In this document: piece by piece, positions 1-12,446 of the stretch
Layout of the letters: each line of letters starts with the position of its first letter
Position numbering within the stretch: the stretch's first letter is position 1
Origin: Squalus acanthias
Lineage: Eukaryota
Length of the DNA stretch: 64,000 nt
Direction of reading: 5' to 3'
Assembly: GCA_030390025.1 (NCBI GenBank)
Contig: CM059431.1
Location: 110,114,001-110,178,000 of the forward strand
Notes under the pieces: generated by a model
Told to the model about the DNA's origin: nothing
Seen by the model: only the letters and a program-made list of their open reading frames with translations
Databases searched by the model: none
Made by a program: the position numbers and the translations under genes

Positions 1-520
1 CTATCCTCCCCCTCCTCTATCCTCCCCCCCTCCTCTATCCTCCCCCCTCCTCTATCCTCCCCCCTCCTCTATCCTCCCCCCTCCTCTATCCTCCCTCCCC
101 CCCTCTATCCTCCCATTCCCCCTCTATCCTCCCATCCCCCCCTCCTCTATCCTCCCTCCTTTATCCTCCCTCCTCCCTCCCCCCCTCCTTTATCCTCCCT
201 CTTCCCTCCCCCCTCCTCTATCCTCCCTCTTCCCTCCCCCCTCCTCTATCCTCCCTCCCCTCCTCCTCTATCCTCCCTCCCCTGCTCCTCTATCCTCCCT
301 CCCCCCCCTCTATCCTCCCATCCCCCCCTCCCTCTATCCTCCCATCCCCCCCTCCCTCTATCCTCCCATCCCCCCCTCCTCTATCCTCCCATCCCCCCCT
401 CCTCTATCCTCCCATCCCCCCCCTCCTCTATCCTCCCTCCCCCCTCCTCTATCCTCCCTCCCCCCTCCTCTATCCTCCCTCCCCCCCTCCTCTATCCTCC
501 CTCCCCCCTCCTCCTCCTTC
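1..520. repeat. Pyrimidine-rich imperfect tandem repeat (core CCTCTATCCTCCC, ~20-25 bp units)
   Basis: About 20 reiterated CTATCCTCCC units separated by C-runs; almost no G on the + strand; runs off the window start. Confidence 0.95.
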
Positions 521-1064
521 CATCCCTATCCAATGTCTCTTTCACCCAACTCTTTTCCTCCTCATCCACGCAGCTGCTCTGTGCACCCCATGTCATCCTT
601 CCTCTTTCCTCCTCCCCCCACCTTCCTGTTCCCTCGTCTCCTCTCTTCCCCATTCACACCTTTTCCTCACTCCATCTACTCCATATTCCTCTCCACTCCT
701 TTCTCCATCCCATTCTTCCATCTGCCTTTTCACCCCTCCTCCTTACCGCCTTCCCCTGCCTAGGTCCAATTATTCCCCTGCCTTCTAACACTCCTTGACC
801 TGACTACTGCAATCATTCTTGACCCCCTCATGTACAAAGGCACAGGGGATTGACCAGTTAGTGTAAAATTCCTTTGTGTATTAATTTAACAGCATAATTA
901 ACCTTTTAAAATAAATAAGTTAATGCCACAGAGAAATTTTATGTGAACATGTTAACTAGCAGACTGACAAGATAAACCTTCCACTGTTTAATTTACCTTT
1001 AGAAGATAATATGTAAAAGCAGGTTTGCAGTTAATTGTGATTTATTGCATTGTTGTCTCAACAG

Positions 1065-1215
1065 GTTTTAACAAAAGAATTTTACAGACTGCAGTCATCA
1101 GCAGACAAACATACCACTGAACTTCAGGCACAAAACTCTGAACTTCAAGCACGATTGGTGACCTATGAGAAACTAGAAGAAGAGCTGGATGGTGTTATAA
1201 TGCAATCAGCTGAAA
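1065..1215 (+). CDS. PIBF1: PIBF1/CEP90 internal coding exon ([50 protein letters not shown])
   Basis: Acceptor ACAG ends at 1064, donor GTAGG at 1216 (phase 1). Peptide matches the recalled vertebrate PIBF1 segment VLTKEFYSLQ...[22 protein letters not shown]. Confidence 0.93.
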
Positions 1216-1639
1216 GTAGGTCAACATGCGATACTTGGAATTAGACAGAGATTTCCTCGCTGTGCTGTGTAGCAAAATTGTAAACCTGTTTATAAAGAAC
1301 ATGCTTACATTTTGCTACACCAAGGGCACAGAGGAAATTTTCCCCCATATCACTTTTTATCATGAGATTTTAGAGTACAGGATAGTTATAATTCACTCAC
1401 CGATCTAGATAGCAGTAAAGTCCAGTAGAGTTTAATTGGGAGACCAAAGTATATTGCTGCCTCTAACTCGGACTGAGCTTATTGACCAAGGAGCTGTGCA
1501 CATGTGCTTGGATGCACACTCCCCATTTTTGACATTGACAGAGTGGGCAGAACCATCCACTTTCTCATGATGTTAAAAACGTTGACAATTAAGTTGAAGT
1601 CCTTAGAAGGTCCAATGGATTTCTGTTTTGTTTTATTTA

Positions 1640-2580
1640 TTCTCGGCATATGGGCGTCGCTGGCAAGGCTGGCATTTTGTTGTCCATCCCTAGTTGCCCT
1701 TGAAAAGGTGGTGGTGAGCTGCCTTCTTGAACTGCTGCAGTCCCTGTGGTGAAGGTACTCCCCACAGTGCTGTTAGGGAGAGAGTTTCAGGATTTGACCC
1801 AGCGACAATGAAGAAATGGCGATCTATGTCCAAGCTGGGATGGTGTGTGACTTGGAGGTGATGGTGTTGCCATGCACCTGCTGCCCTTGTCCTTCTAGGT
1901 GGTGGAGTTCGCGGATATGGGAGATGTCTTGGCGACTTGCTGCTGTGCATCCTGTAGATCGTACACATTGCAGCCATGGTGCACCGATGGTGGAGTGAGT
2001 GGATGTTTAAGCTGGTGCATGGGGTGCAAATCAAGCAGACTGCTTTGTCCTGGATGGTGTTGAGCATCTCCAGTGTTGTTACAGCTGCACGCATCCAGGC
2101 AAGTGGAGAGTACTCTATCACACTCCTGAGTTGTGCTTTGTAGGTGGTGGAGAGGCTTTGCGGAGTCAGGAGATGAACCTCTCGCTACAGAATGCCCAGT
2201 CTCTGACCTGCTCTAGTAGCCACGGCATTTATGTAGCTGGTCCAGTTGAGTTTCTGGTCAATGGTGTCTCCCAGGATGTTGATCGTGGGGGATTTGACGA
2301 TGGTAATGCTGTTGAATGTCATGGGGAGGTGGTTAGACTCTTGTTGGAGATGGTCATTGCCTGGCACTTGTGTGACATAAATGTTACTTGCCACATATCA
2401 GACAAGCCTGGATGTTGCCCAGGTCTTGCTGCATGCGGGCATGGATTACTTCATTATTTCAGGAATTGTGAATGAAACTGAACACTGTGCAATCATCAGT
2501 GAACAACCCCACTTATGATGGAGGGAAGGTCATTGAGGAAGCAGCTGGAGATAGTTGGGCTTCGGATGCTGCCCTGAGGA
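1640..2580 (-). mobile_element. Non-LTR retrotransposon 3' end (decayed ORF2 C-terminus ending ...KKAAHHHLFKGN plus tail; CR1/L2-group LINE)
   Basis: ORFs 1690-2121 and 2185-2394 (-) give RT C-terminal-like text (ILGDTIDQKLNWTSYI, EYSPLAW). Same family at 57845 and 63320. Confidence 0.8.
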
Positions 2581-2919
2581 GCTCTGACACAGCTAGTTCA
2601 CTATTTCAGAAACAATAAGGGCAATTGATGAGCAACACTCGGTGTGGTCAGCTAACTCGGCACATAACAGTCTCTCTGGTTTGCGTGGGTCAGTTCCACA
2701 CCATATTGTGCATTTAGCCTGTGAACCATTGGAGAGCCTAATTCCTCAATTTTTAATGTCCACTAACCACAGTATTTCATATAAAAAGTGATGTATAGGA
2801 AGATATTTACAAAATCCAAAGATGAATACCTAATGACTAGTGCATTACAGTTTTCCACATAGCCAACTAACTAGCCAGGCGAATTTTGATCTTTTTAAAA
2901 TCTACTGGCATATATTTAG

Positions 2920-3036
<117 letters not shown>

Positions 3037-3809
3037 TAAGAAATTGAGACTATTCTTCCTTTGTTCTTTTCCAAGCTACTGAGTATGTTACCAGCTGAAA
3101 TAGGAAACATCACTGGGATTCATGTAATTTGAAGAGATTTTTCCCGCAAGTGTTGCAATCTTTCCCTTTCTGACGAAATAAAAGAGGTCCCAGGCAGCCT
3201 GTTTCAGTTTTCATTTATTTGACATCAAAGAGCCCCAACTGGATGCATGCAATGTCTGCCCTTGTTAAACCTATAATTTGTTGTTTTGTGTTGATTTGTC
3301 TTTGTGTTGGATGATTTATTGATTTTGTGCTGTTTCAAATATTATGCTTAATATACAAGACTCTGCTTTGTCACTGCCATTTATGTATATTATCTCCCTT
3401 ATCCTACTGATCATGAATTCACCTTATGTGGAAATGGTGCATATTTGCACAAGAGGATGTAATGCAAATGATACCAATAGCTGTTCTCACTTTATCAAAC
3501 TAAAAATGAAGGTACTTAGAAAAAGAGGAAGTTGAAACTGACCAACAAATTACAATGGCTGAACATTGGGCCCTCCTCTTACTATCCATTTAAAAATAAG
3601 AATAATGCATATATTGTCAATGCAAATTTCAACACTTCATTGAGTCCCCTTGGGAAAAGTTATAGTTTAGAAATCTATTGCACAATGTTTATCTAGTGTT
3701 CTGCATTGTTCTTTGAGGTGGAATCAAATTTAAGACATGATTTCTTGTCCCAGAAGCTGAAGTTTTGAAGATTCTAATTGTAGGACTATTGAACAGGGCA
3801 GATTGAAAT

Positions 3810-3975
3810 CTTGAAGACTCCACATGCCCGCCTTTGGCCCATATCCCTTAATACCTTTGGTTAACAATAATCTATCAATCTCAGATTTAAAATTAACAAT
3901 TGATCTGGCATCACTTGCCGTTTGAGGAAGAGAGTTCCAAACTTCTGCCACCCTGTGTGTGTAGAAGTGTTTCCG
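3810..3975 (-). mobile_element. CR1-type LINE 3' fragment
   Basis: Minus strand reads FYTHRVAEVWNSLPQ...FKSEIDRLL..KGIKGYG, the typical CR1 ORF2 end. Confidence 0.8.
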
Positions 3976-4096
3976 AGTGAAAATACCACAAGACATAGGC
4001 ATTTGTTGCCTGATAAGACGGTCTGCCATCTGCACACAAACTGCAACGAGGCAATGGGTGTGAGGAGGCAACTGGCACGAGGCAATGTGCTTGAAG

Positions 4097-4295
4097 ATGG
4101 CGAGTAAGAGATCGTCTTTGTCTGAAGACAAAGCTATGATCTGGACCACATAGGAAAATCGCAAGCCAGAATCTGCAAAGAACTCGGCTTAGCAAAGATC
4201 ACTATTGCAACCGCGTGTGGCCAATAGAGGAAAAATCGAATCTGTTATCATCGAAGGTGAAACACCGATCCAGAGGAACAAAATAGCAGGAAATT
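4097..4295 (+). pseudogene. Decayed N-terminal HTH (CENP-B/psq type) of a Tigger/pogo-like transposase
   Basis: Across frameshifts: MASKRSSLSEDKAMI / GKSQARICKELGLAKITIAT / ANRGKIESVI, resembling pogo/Tigger N-termini. Stops are present. Confidence 0.55.
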
Positions 4296-5118
4296 AAATT
4301 TGAAGAAAACCAAGCCCCTACGCGAGCAAGTATGAGCAGCGAGGACATTACTGAATCAGTGACAGTGAGTCGGGGCTGGCAGTGTCTTTTTCATTTTTCA
4401 GTTTGTGTTGATTATACCAATTTTAAAAGTTTTTTACAAATGTAAAAAAAAATTGAATTATTGGGAATACACTCCCTTAAGGCTGTAAACATTTAATTCA
4501 CACCCCCTTCCCACCCATAACAATCCTGCACTTATGTTCCTAGTGCCTGGCATTGGTATGGCACAAATTATGGGAATTCTATCATTGCATTCCTGCCATT
4601 CACAGTTCTTTTCAATACACCCATCCAAATGTGGGCAGATGCAGAAACAAATTTAAGCTATTCTCCCTTTTCCTTGATCTGCAGAGGCTGTGTATCAACT
4701 GCAGCTGAGAGAACTTCACCCCACTAATCCAGCTCTGAATAAAGAAAGAACTTGCATTTCTAAACCACCTTTAATGACCCAAAAGCCCTGCTACAGTGTC
4801 GCACTGCCAGTGGCCTCTATGCTGCTAATATAAATCTTAAGATTTTTCCCTCATCCCTCGCATCCAGCATTCCATCATTGAAATTAATTACAATACACAC
4901 ACCTACATATGGCCGGACATACAGTATTTCATCAGTCACTTCCGATGGTGAATTGAAGTGATATTAAAATGGGTGGGGATACAGAGGAGCATGTCCTTGC
5001 CCCTGCCTGCCCTAATTCCTTAAGTACGCTGGCCGCCTTCCTTCTTCCATGAATCCTTTCTTACTTTAACTCTTCAAGAATGAAATTTAGACTATATGTT
5101 CTGTTCAACAAACACTTG

Positions 5119-7878
5119 GGCCGGAATTTTGGCCAGCGGGATTGGAGGCAGGTCAGAGGTTAAATTTGCAATGATTGACGGCGGGTTCCGAACCCGCCAT
5201 GCTCCCGCCTCCACGCATCGTTCCCTAGTGTCGGGTCTCCGATTTGCAAACGGACCCAACACCAAGCGGCGGGAAAGGGATTAAAGGCACTTAACTGCCT
5301 ATTAAGTGGTACTTTAGAGTTATTTTCACTGGGCTTTTAGATTTTCCAGCTTCTGGGTCGGGTTTCACGACATTCCGACAACACGCCAGGTAAGTGTGGC
5401 GTGAACACCAGCGAGCTGGAAACTTCATAGCTGCAACTGCAGTGTAAAAGCTGCACACTCAAATCTTATCATTTAGAAATCTGTGTGGTTGGTGATTGAA
5501 TAATTTGGGGGCATATTCTGTGTTTAGGCTGCACGTATGTGTTGTGCACTATAGATCCACTAACCTGCATTGCTGGATTTTAAAGACGCACTTACCCTAA
5601 ACTGTGCCACCTCAAATTGTCAGCACACAGATGGCAACGATGCCAAACCTTCGTTCTACATCAATTTACATTATTGGCAAAGGACAGAAACTTTACAAAT
5701 AAATCTATCATAACACCCAAGTGAGAACCCTTGTGATTATTAACGTGACATCTTCCTCTTACGCGTGCTTCTACGTTGTGAGACCCCTGTGGCTTCAGCA
5801 TATGTGGAGGCAGCCTGCTCACTTCCCTGCTGCTGCTGCTGCTCCTGCTTTGGCGGCTGTCCTCTGGTTTTGCGAGCCTTAGAGGGCCCCGCTAAAGTCT
5901 GCTCCTCCTACGGCTGTACAGGGGCAGACTCGGCCATCTCTGTTGGCTGAGGCAGATGGGGCTCTGACCGAGGGCTCGGCAGTGGCAAGGGAGTGTGAGC
6001 GCTTGGAGAGGAGCTCCCACTTCCTTGTGCTCGAACACCACCGTCACTCTCATGGGTCACCCGCACTTCACTGCTAGCAAGTTGCTGGAGAGCACCTTGC
6101 TGCACATCGGTGGGACCATGTGGACCCGTCTCTGTACTGACAGTCCTCATAATCGGGACGTCCATGTACCTCTGGTTCCTCTCCACGATACATGGCCTTC
6201 TATCCTCCATAGCTGTCCATCTATCTAGAAGAGCCTTGTGTTGGCTTGTGTCTGGCGAGTTAGGTCCTCCATGGAGGTTGCCATCCTTTCCATGGCAGCA
6301 CCTAGATTGCCCATAGCGTTCACCACGGCATTGCTAATGTTTAAGATGGACTCCTCCATTCTCTGCACACTCGCAGTTACCGTAGAAGCAAACCCACTCA
6401 GAGCCTCCTGCACTTGTTTCTGAAGCTCTAGCACTGCTCTTTTTCTGGATGGCCCCAGAGGCTCAGCGTTTACATGCAGTCCTCCAATGAGGACTCTCCA
6501 CTGCTGTCCCTGTCTCCAACATCTGCTCCTGCTCACTTGTGAGCTGTGATACACCAGGTGACAACAACACTATATCTCGCAAAAAACCCATCGAGGTGTG
6601 CATCTCTGCGCTGGTGCTGGGTGCACTGAATGCTGGTGACGCTGCTCCCTCAGAGGTTGGTGGTTCCTCTGGGGAGTGCTCCTGCTCTTCCTCCTGGACA
6701 GTGGGGAGCGGGGATCTCGATGGTCCTGTGGGGGAAGTAAAGGCATGAGTTAGACAAGTGAAATGTATGTTGCAGACACATGCCATTGTGCAGATGCTTA
6801 GCACTCAATCTCTATGAACATCATATCCCATGTTAGTCACTCATGAATGCTAAATCAGGGGGTTGGAAATCAATTCTGTCACCAGCTTGCTGTTCTACGC
6901 CCGTCTCTCCGTCCCCCACTTCCAGCTCCTCTGCACCTTCGGCGATCTCCAGTGCTACCTCCTCAGCGCTCGTTCAGTGCGCCAGGGATGGTGGGTCTCC
7001 TCCTGTCCTCCCCTCTCCCTTTTATTGTGGGCTCTCTTCTCCTGTAATGAGGGACACAAGTGGAGTTTGGGAGAGATTGATGGAGTGAGTGTAAAGAATG
7101 GATGACATAGATGTTTAGAGGGAGACTATTAAGGAGTGAGGTGCACAAACCAAGTTCCCTCCCTGTGCGTTGTTAGTTGTTGGCATTGCGTAAGAGTATG
7201 AGTGGTGCATAGTAAGATGGTGACGTGATTCTGTACAGAGAAAGAGAGGGATGGGTGAGGGTGCAAGGGATGTTCGTGAGTTAGGATGTGCAGGGGAAGG
7301 TTGCCAATGCAGAGTGATGGGGATGAGAAGAGCTGGGAGGCAGATGGAAGGTAAGTGTGATGTTATACTCACTGTTGCTGATCGCAACAGATCATTAAAC
7401 CTCTTGCGACACTGCACCCAGGTGCGTATGCAGACCAATCTCGAACTGACCTCAGCAATTTGCAGCCAAGCTCCTTGGTATGCTGAGTAGGCCTCCTCCT
7501 TCCGTCTCCAGGGAAGAGGAACTCCTTACGTCCTCTTACTCCCTCCACAAGAGCATGGAGGGAGTCCTCATCGAAGCGGGGACCAGCCTTAGATTTTTGC
7601 ACTGCCATACCTGCAGCAGTCAGCACTTCAGGGAACAAAATGGAAATGAATCTGCAGAGGGGACATGGCCCCTTTAAATAATCAGTCCAACATCGCTTCA
7701 TCAGACGCGTGCAGCTGACCCGCACCCAGCAATTGCCTTGGAGAACCCACACATCAGCCTTAACGAGGCCAATCAACGGAAAATTTCAACTGCAGGGTGG
7801 CGGGAACCAGGAGCGGGTCCGGAACCCAGCGAACAGCGGACCCACCACCATCCCGCCTCCAGGCGCAAAATCGCAGCC
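5119..7878 (-). mobile_element. PIF/Harbinger deletion derivative retaining only the Myb/SANT-like gene
   Basis: Imperfect TIRs GGCCGGAATTTTG / CAAAATCGCAGCC; 3-bp TSD TTG (5116-5118 and 7879-7881); internal gene homologous to that of element 29524-33903; no transposase. Confidence 0.85.
5740..7608 (-). pseudogene. Harbinger Myb/SANT-like DNA-binding protein gene, 3 exons (7608-7373, 7041-6883, 6725-5740), frameshifted
   Basis: MAVQKSKAGPRFDEDSLHALVEGV...RTWVQCRKRFNDLLRSAT | EKRAHNKRER...; GT/AG sites at the listed boundaries; basic C-terminus RRSTRKRKMSR*. Confidence 0.75.
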
Positions 7879-9199
7879 TTGGTCACAAATATGCTAATGA
7901 AAAACCTGTTTTATTCAGTAAAAGTCAGCATGTCCGATATTGAAAAAAGATATCTATCAATCTTGGGTTTCTGACACTTGTTTTGCAATCTTTTCCCATG
8001 TTTTTATAATGCAATCAGCTGCTTTCAGCAAGATAGTTTAACATCTCAATAGGCAGACATACTCGATATTTAACCAGAAGCAGGTCTTCAGCCTCTAATT
8101 AGTCTTTCTCAAACATTTCTGAGATTCCATTCTTATCCTTCAGTTCTGCTCTAGGGCACAAGTTTAATTTAAAAAAAATCTTTTGAGAAATGCAGACAGT
8201 AAAAACACAATTAGAAAGTCTTCAGTCAAAGTAAATCCAGAAAAAGTAAAGCAGTTCTAGACATTAATCTTCACTAGATTTGACTACTTTTGCACTGGAG
8301 TGATAAGTTTGTGTTTAATGTTGTTCATTATTTTATTGCTACACATTTTGTATGGCAAAAAAATGCAACCATTGCTAGATGCTTTCATACATCTGTTAAT
8401 TTCAAGGTTTATTTTATGTTGGTGATGCACATCAACTTTTATAAGGAAGAATCTTTGAGTTAGTAAACAACTACACTTCAGTTAAAATTACAGGCAGTAG
8501 CTGCTGCATTTAATGGTTTTTATGTTCTTTTGGAAAAAAATATTGTGAAACAAGGTGAATCTAAATGCATCCATATATAAAGAAACCTACAGTGGAGTTT
8601 TGGTTGGCAGGAAGATTGAAATAGTTTACTACCAGTTAATTTAGTAAAACTGACTTCATTTTAAAGGCAGGATGCCTTGTTTACAAGTAGGAAATAGCAA
8701 AGTGAGAAAGATTTGATTAAGACTGCTAGCTTGACGAGCAGCCTTGGCATGCAATTGGAAATCACTAACGTTTAACAAGAGCGTATCCAGGCCTCAGCAG
8801 TACCTAAGATGGCATGTATGATAAAGTACCAGGAGACTGCTTTTAACCAAGTGTTGCAGTCTTACAAAATTGATGCTTCATTATGTAGGAGTAGCTGTGA
8901 TAAGGAGAAATAACTGCAACTTATTTGGAAATGTTGGATTACTGAATAATGCAAGTCTCTTATCAACAGCAGTCATCTTTGATTCTCCTAGCTCTGAGCT
9001 GCTGACTCCCTTTTGCATTGCTATAGATGACATCATAATTCTATTATTGGCAGAAGCTGCTAGGAAATTTCTCAGCTTTTTCAAACATGAAGCAAATGCT
9101 CCAACCAGCTAACAGGGTGGCATAGACCTCCAAGCATCTTTCCATATATAATATAGATTTCCTTGGGTTTACACTAAGTCAATATGGTCACTCTCTTCC

Positions 9200-9345
9200 C
9201 TCCCCCAGCCTCCAAACTTGCTTTTTCATCTGTTTCGTTTCCTGCTTTTTTCTCAGTTCTGACGAAGGGTCTTCGACCTGAAACGTTAACTCTGTTTCTC
9301 TCTCCACGGATGTTGCCTGGCCTGCTGAGTTTATCCAGCGCTTTC
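9200..9345 (+). mobile_element. Penelope-like element terminal fragment containing a hammerhead motif (9255-9291)
   Basis: Near-identical to 61400-61520, which lies 3' of the GIY-YIG ORF. Confidence 0.75.
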
Positions 9346-9450
9346 TGTGGTCACTCTCTTTACCTGTCTCCGATGTCTTTGAGTTGCTGATTCTATCACT
9401 CTTATACTTCTGTCTCTGTTTTTCTCTGTGCTGCTTCTTTCCCCTTAACA

Positions 9451-9451
<1 letters not shown>

Positions 9452-9493
<42 letters not shown>

Positions 9494-9512
9494 TTCTTTC
9501 CTTCTTTCCTTT
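9452..9512. repeat. (CT)n microsatellite grading into CTTT repeats
   Basis: Direct reading. Confidence 0.95.
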
Positions 9513-12343
9513 CCAGAGGGAGGTGTGGCAGTGAAATGAACCACAAGTGGCTACAGGCTGCATTTGGGGTTGCAGGAAAAATGTGAGCCTCCGCCAACCA
9601 CTTATTCTCCCCCTACCTCCTTGCTCTCATCGAGTCTGCTACCCCTTCACTTTTCTACTAGCCATTCATCTTCCGACCACCTGTTCATTCCTATCACTAC
9701 CCCTACGTCTTCCACTTTGAAACACCCATTCAACCCCTGCCTCCTCACCTCCGCCTTTCCCCCTCGCCTCAAAGTCAACCGGCAAGACCAGGCAACAGGA
9801 AGTAAAAACAATCTAAAATTTCTGGCACTGATTGTGTTGCTCTCTTCTGTAGTTCCAGGCATGTGTTCCATCATGTTTAATAGTAATTTATCACATTCAC
9901 CCCTAATGACATAGTTCTCCTTCTGCAGCAGGTCTTTCACATTGGGGAATTTGAGACAATATACTGTTCAAAATAAAACAGAAATGACTGGCAATGCACA
10001 GGTGTTATGTATTTCCAGTATTTACATTTACTATTTCCAGTATTTCCTTACTGCTGGAGTACCCTTACTGTGAACGACCTATTCCATCAAACGGGATGGC
10101 ACAGACCCAAAACTCTGTGCTCCAACACCAGAGAGATAGAAGATGCAAATATTATCCGCAGCAGGAAGTAGTCTCTGTCATTTTCAACAAATAGTAATTA
10201 ATTCAGTTTGATCCAATCTTAGAGTGAGAAAAGGGCTACCCTGTTCTGTTCTGTTCCCAGAATCAGGACTTCTGCAGCTGGATCCTGTATCAGCTGGCGG
10301 GCCAAGATCTTCCTGTCTGAATCAGGTGGCATTCTGTTTAAGCAGGACCTGCTATCTAGCCTGACCTGAGGGAAGTGGTACCCCCAGGATCTCTGCAGGC
10401 CTTACCAGAACAGTGACTAGCTCCCTCGCAAGCTGCATTAGGTACAAACATGCAATTGTTAAAGATGCATGGTTTTATCTAAGTAACCTGTGGCGTTCTT
10501 AGCTGTGTTTATTTCCTCAGCTGTTTGTGTTTCAGCTGTTTATCCATGTTATTGGAGAGTTCTCGCATTAGTATTTCTTGTTCAAGTTGCACATTTTTAA
10601 ATGATATTTATATATGCCATTTTAGGTTTTTTCTCCGCATTGACTTTTGTAAGGAAATAATAACAAATATGTTATCTAAAATGATGAGTTTTATTAAAAG
10701 GCCATCAGCAACATGAAAAAGAATGCATCGAACATAATTTTGGACTTGTAGAAGTATATTGCAACGACACGAAATACATCATCTGAATCATGAAGGTGAT
10801 GATAAATGGTTCTTCACCCTTCCTAATCCAAAGGAAGGTTTGCTAAATATATTTCATGAAGGTAGCATCTCCTGTGTTCAAAATAATTGAACGTAGGACT
10901 AGTAAGAAGCAATCTTATGGGATGCAATGAGGAAAAGACATAAGGGACAATCGTCCCTCTGACTTTTCTCTTGAATTGCAGTACTTGTTATAACCAGGTC
11001 TTATGGAATAGAACTTGTTTCAGAGAATGACACCTACACTTAAAGATCAGTAATCTAACGAGTAATAAATATGTGTTTACTTAACAGGTTATTTCCATGA
11101 AAGTATGTTTTTGAAGGTTCTTCATGCACATTAGAAACTTTTCTTTTAGATTATTTGTGCTTTTCAGCAATCAATGCTAGGCATACTCCTTTCTGTAATC
11201 GCTGAAATACAAAAATGTAATAAATCCTGTTATGACAGTCAATGTGGAGTGCCAGTATACCCTTACAAAATATAAATTTGCTATTTTGCCTGTCTTTTCC
11301 TGCCTCTAAAGCAAACTGCAAGTGACATGGTAAATTAAACATGATCTCAGTATTATCAACAGTATGTCATTCAAGTTGTTGCCCTTGCATGCTGTATTCA
11401 ATGGCAGATTTCCCAGTGTATAATAAGAAGCTCCGTGATTTATTTTGTTTAGATTTTATTTTCTATAGCAAGATTGGCATTACTGAATTAGGTGTGGGAT
11501 TTGCTTCCCAATCACTGGAAGAGTTATTTTTAATCTTTAGAAAAGCATTTCCATTTAGAAAGGAATGCCCCTTTACATTATACATATACAAAATCTGTCA
11601 TTGCTTTTAAATAGAAATTGATGTATTTACAAAATAGTCTTTGTGGTTTGATATAGTTCAGTGAGCAGAGATTTCATTGCTTTGTATATTTACTTGGTTA
11701 CAGCATTCAATGGAATTCATTGATTTTTTTGTGAAAACTCAAATAAGCATGCAGACCAGAGGGGTACAGTTGAAAGTTGTGATACTGCTCTTAAAGGTTG
11801 CGATGAGCTTGGTTGGAGCAGCATTGGAAGCCAAGTTGGCACTTGCAGAGGGGACGGAACGGAGGTGTTCAGCAGAGTAGGCGCGGCGAGGCTTGATACG
11901 AATCGTTAAGCTGCTTTAATTCACTGTAAGCTGAACCTACCGAGCAACAGTTATGATCAGATTCACTTAGTTCGACCAGTGCAATGATAAAAATAAAGAA
12001 CACACCACACTCCCCCACATCACTTTCTAGGACCAAGAGATGGATATTCTGTTCAGCCTGATTAAAGTATTCAGTCACTGGGCAGATGCAAGCTTTTTAA
12101 AGCACTGAAGCTGCTACTGGTGCCAAATGTAGCTTCCCACTCAATTTGACCATACACGATTAATCTCATATTTTTCTTAAGTCTAACCATTTACAGATCT
12201 GATCCTTCGATTATAAAAGGTAAGCTTCTTTAGCACCACCTGTATTAAGAAATATGTAAATATGGAGCCCTTGTGGAACATTGCAACTTTAAATGAACAA
12301 ATGTGCTTCAGTCCATTAATTGCCATCTCCTTTCTCCTCTCAG

Positions 12344-12446
12344 TGTTCATCTTGCAAGAAGGTTGTTACAATTGGAAAAGCAAAATTCACTGCTTCGAAG
12401 AGACCTAGAATGTTGCAAGATCCATGCTAATGAATTGAGTCAAGAG
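12344..12446 (+). CDS. PIBF1: PIBF1 coding exon ((S)VHLARRLLQLEKQNSLLRRDLECCKIHANELSQE)
   Basis: Acceptor CTCTCAG ends at 12343; donor GTAAAT at 12447. AG+T makes Ser across the junction. Matches PIBF1 SVHLARRVLQLEKQNSL. Confidence 0.95.

Noticed and set aside
533..763. Pro/Ser/Phe-rich 76-aa ORF
   Set aside because: Translation of low-complexity pyrimidine DNA next to the tandem repeat.
8870..9112. Overlapping antisense ORFs of 67-80 aa
   Set aside because: No recognisable homology or splice support; length is within chance expectation.
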